Source: an uncultured Verrucomicrobiae bacterium
GTDB taxonomy: Bacteria; Verrucomicrobiota; Verrucomicrobiia; Palsa-1439
Assembly: GCA_963812605.1 (NCBI GenBank)
Contig: CAWEWF010000001.1
Span: 1-64,000, forward strand
DNA length: 64,000 bases
Direction: 5' to 3'
Under the pieces are notes generated by a model. The model worked only from the letters and a program-made list of their open reading frames with translations. It was not told where the DNA came from and did no database searches. The position numbers and the translations under genes are program-made. Positions within the stretch are counted from its first letter, which is position 1. Each line of letters starts with the position of its first letter. Below are positions 10,048 to 21,900 of the stretch, piece after piece.

Positions 10048-10368
10048 ACTGCAACGTAAGCCTGATCGCAGGAATAGCAACCGATAGTTTCGCGGCAATT
10101 TTTGGCGGCAAGAATTGGTGGATGGGATTCGGGAGTCGGACTGGCAGGGGTGTTGGCGATCAAGCCAGACGACGGGATGTTGGTTCTTAGCGCTGCATTA
10201 TAAGCAACACGATTGCACAGGCGGTCGCTGAACCTAGCAAGTACGCCAGTCCGCGGCGCATCCGCAGGAATATGTAGCCCAACGGTTTAGCCAATAAACA
10301 TTTCTCCCGCCATGCGCTTCTGGCATGGAGAACGCTTCACGGAGCTTGGCTAAAATGTTGGATATAGC

Positions 10369-12347
10369 TTGAACCCGACCAAGGAACTCCTCAATAGAGA
10401 CGTGTATATCGAGGGCGCCGAACCGAATGCGTTGGCTGCTCCAGAATTGGAATCTTTGCCGACAGCGAGCAAGAGCAATGGCGCTGCAGATTCGAACCCT
10501 CCGGTCACCGAAACGCAAGCGGTGACGCCGCGAAGGAAGCGAAGGATGCGAAAGTCCTGGCGCCTTCTGTTACTCACCGCGTTGGTTCTTGTAGGATCAT
10601 TGTACGGACTGATCACCCTGGGCCTCAGTGCATGGGACAGTTTCATTCACGAACAAGAAGCCCATGCGGCAACCACTCGCGCCCAGCAGATACTCATCGC
10701 GCTGCCATCGCTGGCAAGTAGTCTGCACGAGGCGGAAAGCGGCGCGCGTGGATTTGCCATTTCGGGCAAACAATTGCACCTCGATCAATATTATGGCGCT
10801 ACAAAAGCGATCCAGCCTCAACTCGATGAACTCCAACGGATCTTGCGGGACGATTCAGCCGCATTGAAACAATACCGGGGACTCGCACCCCTTATCACCG
10901 CCCATTTGGCCGTACTGAAAGAAATGGTCGACTTGGGTAACAAGAATGTCTTTCGCGCCGTGGGACAACGAGGCTTGGCCGATCAGGGTTATGAGATGAT
11001 GCAAAATATCTCCGCCAGGCTTCAGGCGATGGAGCAATCGGCGCGAGCGCGCCTTGCCGGGCCATCAAACATCGCCCTTCAATATGCTCACATTGCCAGG
11101 GTGGCATTGCTGGAAGGGGGAGCATTGGCATGCGTTGTCCTGTTTCTCGGCAGTATTAGCACGTATTGGCTGGTGATCGAAAACGGCAAGATGGAAGAGA
11201 AACTAAATGGCTTCCTCGAGTCGTCTCCGGATGCCATCGTCATCGTCAATAAGGAAGGCAAAATCGTCGTCAGCAATTCGCATACAGAACGATTACTGGG
11301 TTACACACCGCAGGAACTTGCGGGCCAGACTGTGGCCATCCTTGTGTCAGAGCGTTATCGCAAAGTCTACTTGCAACAGTACGCGGTTTTCTTTGCGAAT
11401 CGCGGTGATCAAATGACAACGACGAGCCTGGAACTGAGCGCCATCCACAAAGACGGACGAGAGTTTCCAATCGAAATTTGCATGAAACCGCTGGAGACAG
11501 AACAGGGGGTTCTGGTTACCAGCGCCATTCGGGACATCAGCCACCGGAAGCAGACCGAACAACAAGTTAGTCGATTGAATGAGCGACTCGAACAACGGGC
11601 AGCCGAACTGGAAGCCGCCAATAAAGAACTGGAAGCATTCAGCTATTCTGTTTCCCACGACCTCCGTTCGCCGTTGCACAGCATCGATGGCTTTAGCCAG
11701 GTGTTGCTTGAGGATTATGCAGACCGGTTGGACACGAGGGTCAGGAACATCTCAAGCATGTGCGCAGCAGTTGTCAGCATATGGGAGAGATTATTGACGC
11801 GTTGTTGGCACTCTCCAAGATGATGCGCACCGAAATGTTCCGCCAAAAGTCGATCTAAGCGCATTCGCCTGTCAGATTGCCGACGAACTCAAGGCCAATG
11901 CGCCCGACCGCGCGGTGGATTTTGTCATCGCCAGTAATCTCAACGCCGATGCTGACCCACACCTTCTCCGGGTCGTGCTGGAGAATCTCCTGAACAATGC
12001 CTGGAAGTTTACTTCGAAACAACCTCGTGCGCGAATCGAAGTGGGATCATTACTGCAGTCAAACGGGGAGCAGGTTTTCTATGTTCGCGACGATGGCGCC
12101 GGCTTTGATATGGAGCGTGCGCAAAAACTATTCTCCCCCTTTAAGCGTTTACATAAGGCGAGTGACTTCCAGGGAACCGGGCATCGGTCTGGCAACGGTC
12201 CAGCGCGTCATCGCGCGACATGGTGGTAAAATTTGGGCATCGGCCGCTGTCGACCATGGCGCAACGTTTTGTTTCACACTTGCGCCGACGAACAAAGTTG
12301 GAGCATTGGCTGCGGTCTCCAATCTGACTGCAGGGGAAAATAATTGA
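10369..12347 (+). CDS. sensor histidine kinase (CHASE3-PAS-HisKA-HATPase); frameshifted; start may be 10546
   Basis: ESGARGF (CHASE3), ESSPDAI (PAS), [32 protein letters not shown]. Confidence 0.9.
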
Positions 12348-14005
12348 ATGAGCGAACCTTTACGAGTCTTGTTTGTAGACGATTCGGAAAAAGACGTTTT
12401 TCTCCTGTTGCGCCAACTAAGGAAAGCCGGCTTTGAACCCCAGCACAAGCGCGTGGATGATGCCGTCAGCCTGCGAACTGCGCTTCAAAGTGAGGAATGG
12501 CAAATCGTCATCAGCGATTTTCATATGCCGAGTTTCGATGGGCTAATGGCGCTACAGGTTTTCAAGGAGGCGGGGCTCGATATTCCATTTATTTTGGTAT
12601 CCGCTACAGTCGGCGAGGAGACTGCGGTCCTGGCCATGAAACAGGGAGCTCGATGATTACGTCATGAAAAGCAACCTGGCGCGCCTTGCTCCAGTGGTCC
12701 AGCGAGAGTTGCGCGAAGCGGAAATACGCGCCCAACAACGTCGCACCCAACTGGCATTGCAACAAAGGGAGGAACAGCTACGGCAGGCGCAAAAAATGGA
12801 AGCTATTGGCCGCTCTGGCTGCCGGCGCCGCCCATGATTTCAAAAATGCCCTGACTGTCATCCTCGGTCAATCCCAATTGCTGATGAGTGAGAAGGACTT
12901 GAGCGCGTTGCAACGATCGAAGCTCGAACATATTCAAAATGCCACCGACAAGGCGCATTCTCTTATTGTTCGCCTCCTGGCCTTCAGTCGCAAACAGGAA
13001 CTGAAACCGCAAGCTCTGAATCTTGGCGCCGCAGTCAACGCGATGAAGCCGATGCTGACGCCATTGCTGGGTAACAGTATTCAACTTGTTGTGCTTCCTG
13101 AACCCAATCTTGGATTGTGTGAGGTAGACGCCAACAGCCTGGAACAGGTCATTATCAACCTTGTTATTAATGCGCGCGATGCCATGCCCAACGGGGGGAC
13201 CGTCACTGTCGGCACGGCCAACCTGGCGGTAACCGAAGAAAATGCCATCCGCCATGCCGGAGTCCCGCAGGGCGATTACATACTGCTCACGGTCACTGAC
13301 TCGGGTACGGGCATGACAGAGGAAACGCGCAAACACCTGTTCGAGCCGTTCTTTACCACAAAAGATTCCGGTAAGGGCACCGGTCTGGGATTATCCACCT
13401 GCTATGGAACCATCCACCAAAGCGGCGGCTACATCCTGGTTCACAGTGAACTGGGCAAGGGCTCCTCGTTCCGGGTTTACCTGCCTCGAATAAAGTCCAA
13501 TGCGATAAATCCATCGACCGACACCGACCTTGCTATCAGTGGGGAGCGCCAGGAAGAAGCCTCTTTGGAAACATCCACTCCCGGGTCATCTGATCCTTCT
13601 TGGAGCTCCGGGACAGTGCTCCTGGCAGAAGACGAACTGGTGATCCGAGAACTCATGGCTTCGGTATTGCGGGAAATGGGCTGCACCGTTCTTGAGGCGG
13701 AAAACGGTGAACAAGCTCTTAGCCTCATGGAGCATTCCAGTGGACAAGGAATCGATCTGCTCTTGACCGACATTGTCATGCCAGTGATGGGAGGCAAGGA
13801 ATTGGCTTATAAGGTCGGATCGCGCTTCCCCGCAACCAAGATCCTTTTCTGTTCCGCTTACCCTGAAAAGCTGGGTGTTCGCAACGGGATGTTCGACAAG
13901 CAGATTCCCTTTCTCCAAAAGCCGGTGACTACGAACGCACTAAAATTCAAGGTGCGAGAAGTTATGGGCGATGTACAAGCAACGGCGGTAATAGAACAGA
14001 ACTAG
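12348..14005 (+). CDS. hybrid response regulator/histidine kinase (REC-HisKA-HATPase-REC); frameshifted
   Basis: N-terminal REC, AHDFKNAL, NLVINARDAM, FFTTK..GKGTGLGL, C-terminal REC. Confidence 0.9.
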
Positions 14006-14267
14006 CCGTGCCAGACCAGATCGTGACCGCTATTCCATCGGGGTCGTGGTTGACCGAGCCTGCAAGAAGCCGGACTTTCCAGAGGCAGTGTAGAGACTGA
14101 CATACTCCTGCTTCGACATCTAGAGCCTGTCGAAGTTCCTCCTTTGGGGCAGGAATGTCCGTCAGCGATTTAGGGAGCCGCTGTTCAAATTCTTCGCAGC
14201 AAGTGACAACATCGATATGAAACCCAGTGAATCGTTTCTATTTACCATTTGTAAGTTGGTACGGGCG

Positions 14268-15475
14268 TCAATACCAGAGGCAAAGGCCGGCGCGGAGGGC
14301 GTGACTGGCTTCGTTGTATTGAGCCAAGGTCTGGCCGAATCCCGTAAAGTATTGCACTTGAATTGTCGGGTTGAACCTGCGCAAGACCGGGAGGCCAACC
14401 AGGTTAAACCGCAAGTCGAATAGGAGACCGGCGTGCGACCCTTCGTCGCCGATGAGGAATTTATTGGACAACTGAATTCTCTCCCCGGACTTTGGATCCA
14501 GCCAGGTCAAGGCGGAGAGCAGATCGGCGTAACCGTGAAAGTCGGCAATATTCGGGTTGTTGTCACCCACGACGGTGTAGAACCAGGCGCGCGGCTGGAG
14601 GGAGAATTGGAAATTGCAGGGCAGGTCAAACGTGGCTTTGGGTTGAAGGTAAATCGTATTGAAGCTGCGCTCCAAGGTGCCGCCACGGCCATTCGATTCA
14701 TGTTCGACGCCGCCTTGCAGGTCGAGCTGGAAGAAGCCTTTCTGAAAGACGTTCGGGATAATAGAGGAATATCGACGGTTTGTAGCTGGTGTCGAAGAAA
14801 GACGGATCCTTCGAGAAGGCATTCCAATAAGAAGTTTGCGTGTAGGCGAAATAGAGGTGCGTGAGAGGATCCCAGTTGTCCTTAAACGCGAGGACCTTGT
14901 ATTTCAAGCTGAGTCTGAAATTCAACGTTCGGAGCGCTGCCGGGAATGAAATAAATCGGTTCGTAGAACGACACGTGAGTGGCGAAATACTCCCGCATAT
15001 CAGTATTGGGGGCGTTGATGCTGGTGGTGACTTTGATGTTGGTGGCGAAGGCGCAGCCAGTGGAACCCCGGAAGAGCCGGGTTTTCACCAGGACCACTAG
15101 CTGATTATAACTGCTTATATCCAGTGTGACCTGACCGCTGCTGGTTAACGGAAGATCCAGCAGATATTCTTCTTTGACGAAGCCGCCGGGTGCAATCGTT
15201 GCCGCACTCGGACTACTGTTGGTATTTAAAACAAGAACGGTTTCGAACGTGGCGGATTGTGAAATAAGCGTGCAATTGAGACTCGGCTCGAAGGTTCGAT
15301 TGATGGAATTGGAGGAGTTGTTCATGCAGAAAAGCCAAAGACTGGCCCGACTGCCCCCGGTAAGTGTCCCAGACGGCGCAGTGAAGACAGCCGTGACATC
15401 CTGCGCCAGGACGGATACTACGTTTGTCAGAAGTAGGATGGAAAACAGCAAATGCGATCGACGAACGATGGACAT
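14268..15475 (-). CDS. pldA: outer-membrane phospholipase A with extra N-terminal domain; frameshifted
   Basis: signal peptide, YEPIYF, FAYTQTSYW, HESNG catalytic motif, QYFTGFGQTL, C-terminal aromatic residue. Confidence 0.82.
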
Positions 15476-15963
15476 GTCACTCTCCTTGGTTTGCCAGCTC
15501 ACGACATAGGCAGCAGCGCCGTAAAGGCCATGCTATTCGGTTCAGCACATTTGCTGCTTTTTTTGGACAGCAGCATGGTAAGCTGGAAGATTGCATGGCC
15601 TCTATAGGGTGAACACCCCATTGGCTGCGCGGATGATTTGCCGCGTAAACTTTGAGCCGAATGGGGTCGGACCTGTATTCATGACGGATGTGTCCAATGT
15701 AAACGCCTGTTCGGTGAGTACACCCGGCACCACTGGAACAATATGACAATTGTGCTAGATTGCCTTGCGTATTTGGCTCGGTTGTTTGCGATCCACGGCG
15801 ATGGCTGTTAACCTCCTTGACGTTATTGCCACAAAAGCAGCCGAGTCCACTCCTAGAGGACTACCAGTTTTTGATCAAGACGGCTTCGACTGGCGGCAAG
15901 ACAATGGAGGACGTGGCCAAAGGGAATAGAATCGGCGTATATGCGTAAAGCTGACCGTTCCTT

Positions 15964-16367
15964 CTATTGAAACCAGAACCCAGCTACCTTGTCATCCTTT
16001 AGAACGAGCCTGGCCAAAGTGTCGTCACCTCCGTCCTTAAACACGAGCTTCCAGAGGAGAACCCGACACCCCTGTTGCTTCAATTCACCAAGATACGCAC
16101 ATTGATACCCCTTTTTCATCCGTGGTGAAAGCTGGCCGCTGACACTTTGCAACATCTGCCGGGTTAAGGCCGCTTTGAAAACGTCGGTTCCATCCGCCAC
16201 GAAGCTGTCGTAGTCGTTCGCTTCGGTGGCCTTGAGGAGTTTGTCCAAGACGGGTCTACCTGGCTCAGTAGTCTCTCCGGAAAACACGCCGTCGACGACA
16301 TGGCCAGCCAGATACACACCACACTTGAAACGATACAGATAATTTTTCTCACGCTCATTGGCTTCAT
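15964..16367 (-). CDS. secreted hypothetical protein (DUF3887-like); frameshift after the signal peptide
   Basis: signal-like MKPMSVRKIICIV... joined to DYDSFVADG...KVAGFWFQ. Confidence 0.6.
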
Positions 16368-16485
16368 TGTCCTTTCTCGATTCTTCGCTCGAAAAAGGAA
16401 CATAGCAAAATGAAGTGCGTTTCCTATTACAATCGCGGGCTCGATTTGTAATTCGTCCTATAGAATATCCGATCCCAAAGTTAAA

Positions 16486-16545
16486 ACACTCACCCCCAAT
16501 GGGCATAAATGCCCTGCCGGGAGAGTGTCAGGGTGATAGTTTTTC
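16486..16545. repeat. module A copy 3, with inverted repeat
   Basis: ACACTCACCC...GGGCAT/ATGCCC...GGGAGAGTGTCAGGGTGATAGTTT. Confidence 0.85.
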
Positions 16546-16681
16546 GGAGGCGGGTTTAGGGGCCGGTCGGGGGGAATGGGCGGGCATCAGTTCAAACTAG
16601 GGTGTCTGATTCTCGTTTGATCTCTTCCACCTTCCTCTGCTAACGTACGTTCGCTTCCAAACCCAGAAAGGAAAACGCGCC

Positions 16682-16974
16682 ATGGCACACTACGTCATGC
16701 TGTTGAAGTTCACCGACCAGGGCATTCGCAACGTCAAGGACACCACCAAACGTGCCGCTGCTGCCGCCGACATGGCGGGCAAGATGGGGGTAAAAGTCAC
16801 CAGCACCTACTGGACGATGGGCGATACGACCTCGTCTTGCTCGCCGACGCATCCGACGACGAAACCGTCGCCGCTGTGTCAATCAAACTCGGCTCGCTCG
16901 GCAACGTCTCGATTGAAACGTTGCGGGCATTCACCGCCACCGAGGTGGACAACATTGTCAAGAAAGTCGGCTAA
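16682..16974 (+). CDS. GYD domain protein; frameshift near 16822
   Basis: YVMLLKFTDQG, YWTMG-YD, LGNVSIETLRAF. Confidence 0.85.
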
Positions 16975-17008
16975 GCGAAAATCAATAGAGTGGGAAGATT
17001 GACCCCAT

Positions 17009-17055
17009 CGGGTGAGTGTCAGGGTGATAGTTCTTTGGGGGCAGGGGATGCGGGC
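17009..17055. repeat. module A copy 4 plus GGGATGCGGGC
   Basis: CGGGTGAGTGTCAGGGTGATAGTT. Confidence 0.8.
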
Positions 17056-17233
17056 AGCTACCTTAACCAATTGAGCTACACCCCTGGACGGCATTTCGGA
17101 TCAGGCGGCGGGAATTGGCGGGGCGGATTTGGGAGGGCGGAGAGTCGAGTTGGAACCGCTTGATTCAACGGGAAACGCTACAGCATAATAGGAAAAGCGG
17201 AAATGCTCGAACACTATAGTAAGGTTAAATACA

Positions 17234-17629
17234 ATGGAAATAAAACGAAGCGGCTCACAGCCTTCCAGCAAGGGGCCGGTAGAGCACTTCACCGGCACAG
17301 TGCGGATTGATCTACTGTTCAATCCGCCAGCGCCGTCGCGAGTTGTCGGTGCCAGTGTTACTTTCGAGCCCGGCTCCCGCACCGCATGGCATACGCACCC
17401 GCTCGGACAGACCTTGATCGTGACGGCAGGCTTTGGCTGGGCACGGCGTTGGGGCGGGCCTGTCGAGGAAATCCGACCGGGGGATGTGATCTGGTTTCCG
17501 CCCGGCGAGAAGCACTGGCATGGGGCGACGGTAACTACGGCGATGACCCATATCGCCATCCAGGAGCAGCTCGACGGCAAGGCTGTTGACTGGATGGAGC
17601 CGGTGAGTGACGAGCAGTACCGGACATGA
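17234..17629 (+). CDS. cupin domain protein (hydroxynitrile-lyase-like cupin family)
   Basis: [39 protein letters not shown]. Confidence 0.9.
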   Translation: MEIKRSGSQPSSKGPVEHFTGTVRIDLLFNPPAPSRVVGASVTFEPGSRTAWHTHPLGQTLIVTAGFGWARRWGGPVEEIRPGDVIWFPPGEKHWHGATVTTAMTHIAIQEQLDGKAVDWMEPVSDEQYRT

Positions 17630-18025
17630 TTGACGTTTGAACAAGCTGCACGAACAACGAGCGGCGGTAATCGCAACTCTCTATAGTCATATCCTCAAAG
17701 CCGATAAACTTGCCGACAACTTCATGCGCGAGTCTACGAGAGTGCCAGTTTTTGATCAAGACGGGCTTCGACTGTATTGTGACGGCAACGAGGGTCAAAA
17801 TTGCCCCTTTAATATGAGCCGGCAGTCGAGGCCAGGAATTGATGATCTTGTGCAAGTTCGTGTCCGTGGTTTGTGATGCGGAATGTAAACATGGGATCAG
17901 TTCTTTCCACACCGGTCCAAGTAATGGTCATGCTCCCGTTTCCGTTCCGGACGGAGCCGACAACGATGTGATCTACATCTGAAGGTTGCTATTCGGCCAT
18001 ACCCGTACCGCTGGAAGTGCACACA

Positions 18026-18280
18026 AGTGAACCCGCGCAACGTCTCGACGGAAACGTTGCCGAGCTTGCCAACGATGACAGCGAGGGTGGCGATCGTTTC
18101 ATCGCTGGGAGCCTCGGCCATTGCGACAAGGTCGTATCGGCTGAGCGTCCAAAGGAAGTTGTTGATCTTCGCCCCCATCTTCGACGCCGTCTCGGAGAAC
18201 GTGGCGGCGCGTTTGGTGGTGTCCTTGACGTTGCGAATGCCTTGGTTGGTGAACTTCAACAGCATGACGTAGTGCGCCAT
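18026..18280 (-). pseudogene. GYD domain protein, inverted second copy, 3' end lost or replaced
   Basis: matches the 16682 copy up to VETLRGFT, then unrelated sequence to the stop at 17897. Confidence 0.65.
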
Positions 18281-18428
18281 GGCGCAGATTCCTTTCTGGA
18301 TTTGGAAACGAACGCAGCGTAGCAGAGGAAGGTTGAAAGAACGAACTGGAACCAGATGCCCGCAAATTGCACTACCGGCCGACTGGGAATTTAAACAGGG
18401 ATTTCCAGGTTGCCAAGTCCCTGCCTTC

Positions 18429-18674
18429 CTAGCGGGTATCCATCAGCGACTTGCGGACCCGCTGTTCGAACTCCTCGCAGCAGGTGACAATGTCGATGTG
18501 GAAAGTATTGAATCTTCCGCCTTCGACTTCAACCCACGCATTCTTGTGGTGGCGGGGACACCGCATCTGGGAAACAGTTGTCGCATAATTCCGTTTGATT
18601 TGTTCCACCGTCCCGTCGAATCGCACGTTCAATCCAAACCTCGCATTGGTAACCAGGTGAATGTTGGACCCCAT
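18429..18674 (-). CDS. small hypothetical protein with CPxH...CC motif
   Basis: MRCPRHHK and VTCCEEF; start uncertain. Confidence 0.45.
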   Translation of the reverse strand: MGSNIHLVTNARFGLNVRFDGTVEQIKRNYATTVSQMRCPRHHKNAWVEVEGGRFNTFHIDIVTCCEEFEQRVRKSLMDTR

Positions 18675-18939
18675 CGACGGGAACAGGGTATGGACACGCA
18701 GCCACTCGCCAGTTGCTGCGGACGATTCGATTAACAAATACGGGTTGACCTGTCCAGATAATTCTCGCCATTGCGGTAGTTCGCAAATGCTCTCCTCACC
18801 CGAATTCGGCAAAGAAAAAAATGGTCAGAGCAGAATAAAATGTGCTAGCCATATAGCTTTTATGTGAGTGGTCGCGGGGGGAAGGGCCAAAAATGAGAGT
18901 GAATTCGTTTGGGCATGGGGGAGGGACAACCGAGGCGAA

Positions 18940-21900
18940 ATGGCCTTCGCTTCTTTACATGATTTCGTCCGTGCCCTCCAAATCCTGTCTATGCTTCTTT
19001 TGTTGGCGTCGCCAATAGCCGCGTCCGCCGTGAACGTCCTGACGCAACACAATGACACTTTTCGCACGGGCGCGAACCTCAACGAGTCCGTCCTGACAGT
19101 TTCAAACGTCGGCTCCAGTCAGTTTGGCAAACTGTTCTCGCGCGCGGTCGACGGCCAGATTTACGCGCAGCCCCTGTATGTCAGCGGCCTGACAATTTCC
19201 GGCAAACTCCGCAATGTCCTGTACGTCGCGACCGAACACAATAGCGTTTATGCTTTCGATGCGGATGATCCGTCGGCTTCGACCGCGTTGTGGCAGGTGA
19301 ACCTCGGCTCATCGGTTCCCATCGGTGACTTTAGTAACTGTACCGATCTCCAGCCGGAGGTCGGCATCACCGGCACCCCCGTCATCGATTTGACCGGTAA
19401 TACCAACACCATGTACGTCGTCGCCAAGACCTTGGTGGGGACCAATCATTTTCAACGACTGCACGCCCTGGACATCTTGACCGGCACAGGAAAAATTCGG
19501 CGGCCCGGTGTCAATACAAGGGTCGGTGCCGGGGACGGGAGCGGGAAGCTCGGGCGGGACGCTCACGTTCGATCCGCTGTATCAACACAGCCGTGCCAGC
19601 CTGCTGTTGCTGAGCAACACGGTCTATGTCGCTTGCGGTTCGCACTGTGATTATGGGAACTACCACGGCTGGCTGTTCGGCTACAATGCGACCAATCTCC
19701 AACAGACCGCCATTTTTTGCACCTCACCCAACGCCGGGGATGGGGTAATTGACGGCGGCGGCGGCATCTGGGGCAGCGGCATGGGACCGTCCGCCGATAC
19801 CAACGGCAACATCTACGTGACGACCGGCAACGGCCCACTCGACAAGAATACCGGCGGTCTCGACTACGGCGATTCCCTCATCAAATTCAGCGTCTCCAGC
19901 GGCACGCTGGTCGTCGCCGATTGGTTCTCACCGCACGACCAGGCCAACCTGTATACGAACGATCTGGACCTTGGGTCGGGCGGGCCGATGGTGATTCCCA
20001 GCACAAACCTCGTCGTCGTCATGGGCAAGACCGGGGAAGTGTACCTGATCAATCCCCAGCACCTCGGCGGTTTTGTCAATTTCTCCAGCGACACCAACAT
20101 CGTGCAAGAGTTTTCGGCGGCGCCAACACCTTATACGATCGGCCAGGGCCCGGTTTACTGGAGGGGACCGACGACTGAATTCATTTACTTTTGGGTTGGC
20201 GCGACAGCATTGCAGCAGTTCTCGTTCAATGGCTCAAAAATCACAACCACCCCGGTGGCCTTGGGGAACACGCCCCAGCCGAACCGGGCCGCGGGATCTC
20301 GCTCTCGGCCAATGGCAATACGCCGGGATCGGGAATTATTTGGGGCACAGAAGCCGGCAGCGGCGGGACCATCCATGCCTACGATGCAAGCAATGTCGCC
20401 AATGAACTCTGGAACAGCCAGCAAAACGCAGCCCGCGATGCGCTCGGCAACTACGTGAAGTTCTGCGCCCCGACCATTGCCAATGGGAAAGTGTATCGTG
20501 CCGACGACCTCGTCCAGCCTGGTAGTGTATGGTTTGTTGGGCACACCCGTTCAGGGTATATCGCCCGCGAACTTCAACTTCGGCGCGCTCACGACTGGCA
20601 CGACCACACAAACCACTTTCGTCGTCACCAACACCGGCGCTGGGGAGTTGATTGGCACGGTGGCCACGGCCGCGCCTTTCGCCATCGTGAGCGGCGCTTC
20701 CTACGCCTTGGCCGGCGGCGGCTCGAGCAATGTGGTCGTCAATTTCACACCGCCGAGCGTGGGGAGCTTTACCGGGACCGTGGTGTTTGCGTCCAACGTC
20801 GGCAATTCCACCAATGTCGTCACCGGGCAGCGGCGCGGTTTTTCCGGCCGCGTTATTCAGCGCAAGCTCCGCCACGGGCGCGGTGCCGTTAACGGTCACG
20901 TTCACCGACACTTCGACCGGTACGATCACCAACCGGTCCTGGACTTTCGGGGATGGGGCCAGCTCCAACCTCATCCTCACCACCGTGGCCCATACTTACA
21001 GCGTCACCGGGACCGATACGGTCCGCTTGATCGTCAGCGGCCCGTTGGGGAACAGCACCAACACGCAGGTCAATTTAGTTGTGGCCATGAATCCGCCGCA
21101 GTTGCTGGTCAGCCCCTCCACAAAGAATTTCGGCACCGTCGTCATTGGCCAGACCAGCAACCAGCTTTTCTCCGTGATCAACACCGGTGGTCTGACGCTG
21201 ACCGGCTCGGCAACTGTGCCCGGCGCGCCGTACTCCGTCACCGCCGGCAGTCCATTTAGTGTCGCTCGCGGGACAGACGCAGAATGTAACGGTCGCGTTT
21301 ACACCCGTTGCCGCCGGCACTTTCAGTACCAACCTCATCGTGGCCAGCAATGGCGGCGCGTCCACCAACGCCCTTACGGGTGTGGGGGTGACGCCCGCCC
21401 AACTGGCCGTTAGCCCGTCAAGTTTGAACTTCGGCGCACTGGTAACCGGGAGTGTGGCCTATGCCAGTTTCACCGCGACGAACTCTGGCGGCGCGTCGCT
21501 CAGCGGTACCGCCGTTGTCGGTCTTCCGTTTGCCGTGGTGACCAACGGCAGTTTCAACCTGGCCGGTTTCGCGTCCACCAATGTCGTCGTGCAGTTTGCG
21601 CCGGCAATAACAGGAACCTGGACCAGCAACGTCGTCTTCACCAGTACGGGCGGCGCTTCAACGAATGCAGTGACGGGCACCAGCGTGACGCCCGCCAATT
21701 TGATTGTCAACCCGGGCAGCTTGAACTTCGGCACAATCGCCACCGGGACGACCGCCCAGGCCACCTTCGTCGTGACCAACTCGGGCGGTGCGCTCCTGAG
21801 CGGAACGGCGGTTGCGGGCGGAGCGTTTACGATTTCATCCGGCAGCCCTTACAACGTCCCGGGCTTCGCCGCAGCAAACGTGGTCATCAATTTCACACCG

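Noticed and set aside
660-17060. CRISPR array or canonical integron attC array
   Set aside because: The repeats are irregularly spaced by hundreds to thousands of bp, there is no cas or intI gene, and I saw no consistent RYYYAAC/GTTRRRY boundaries.
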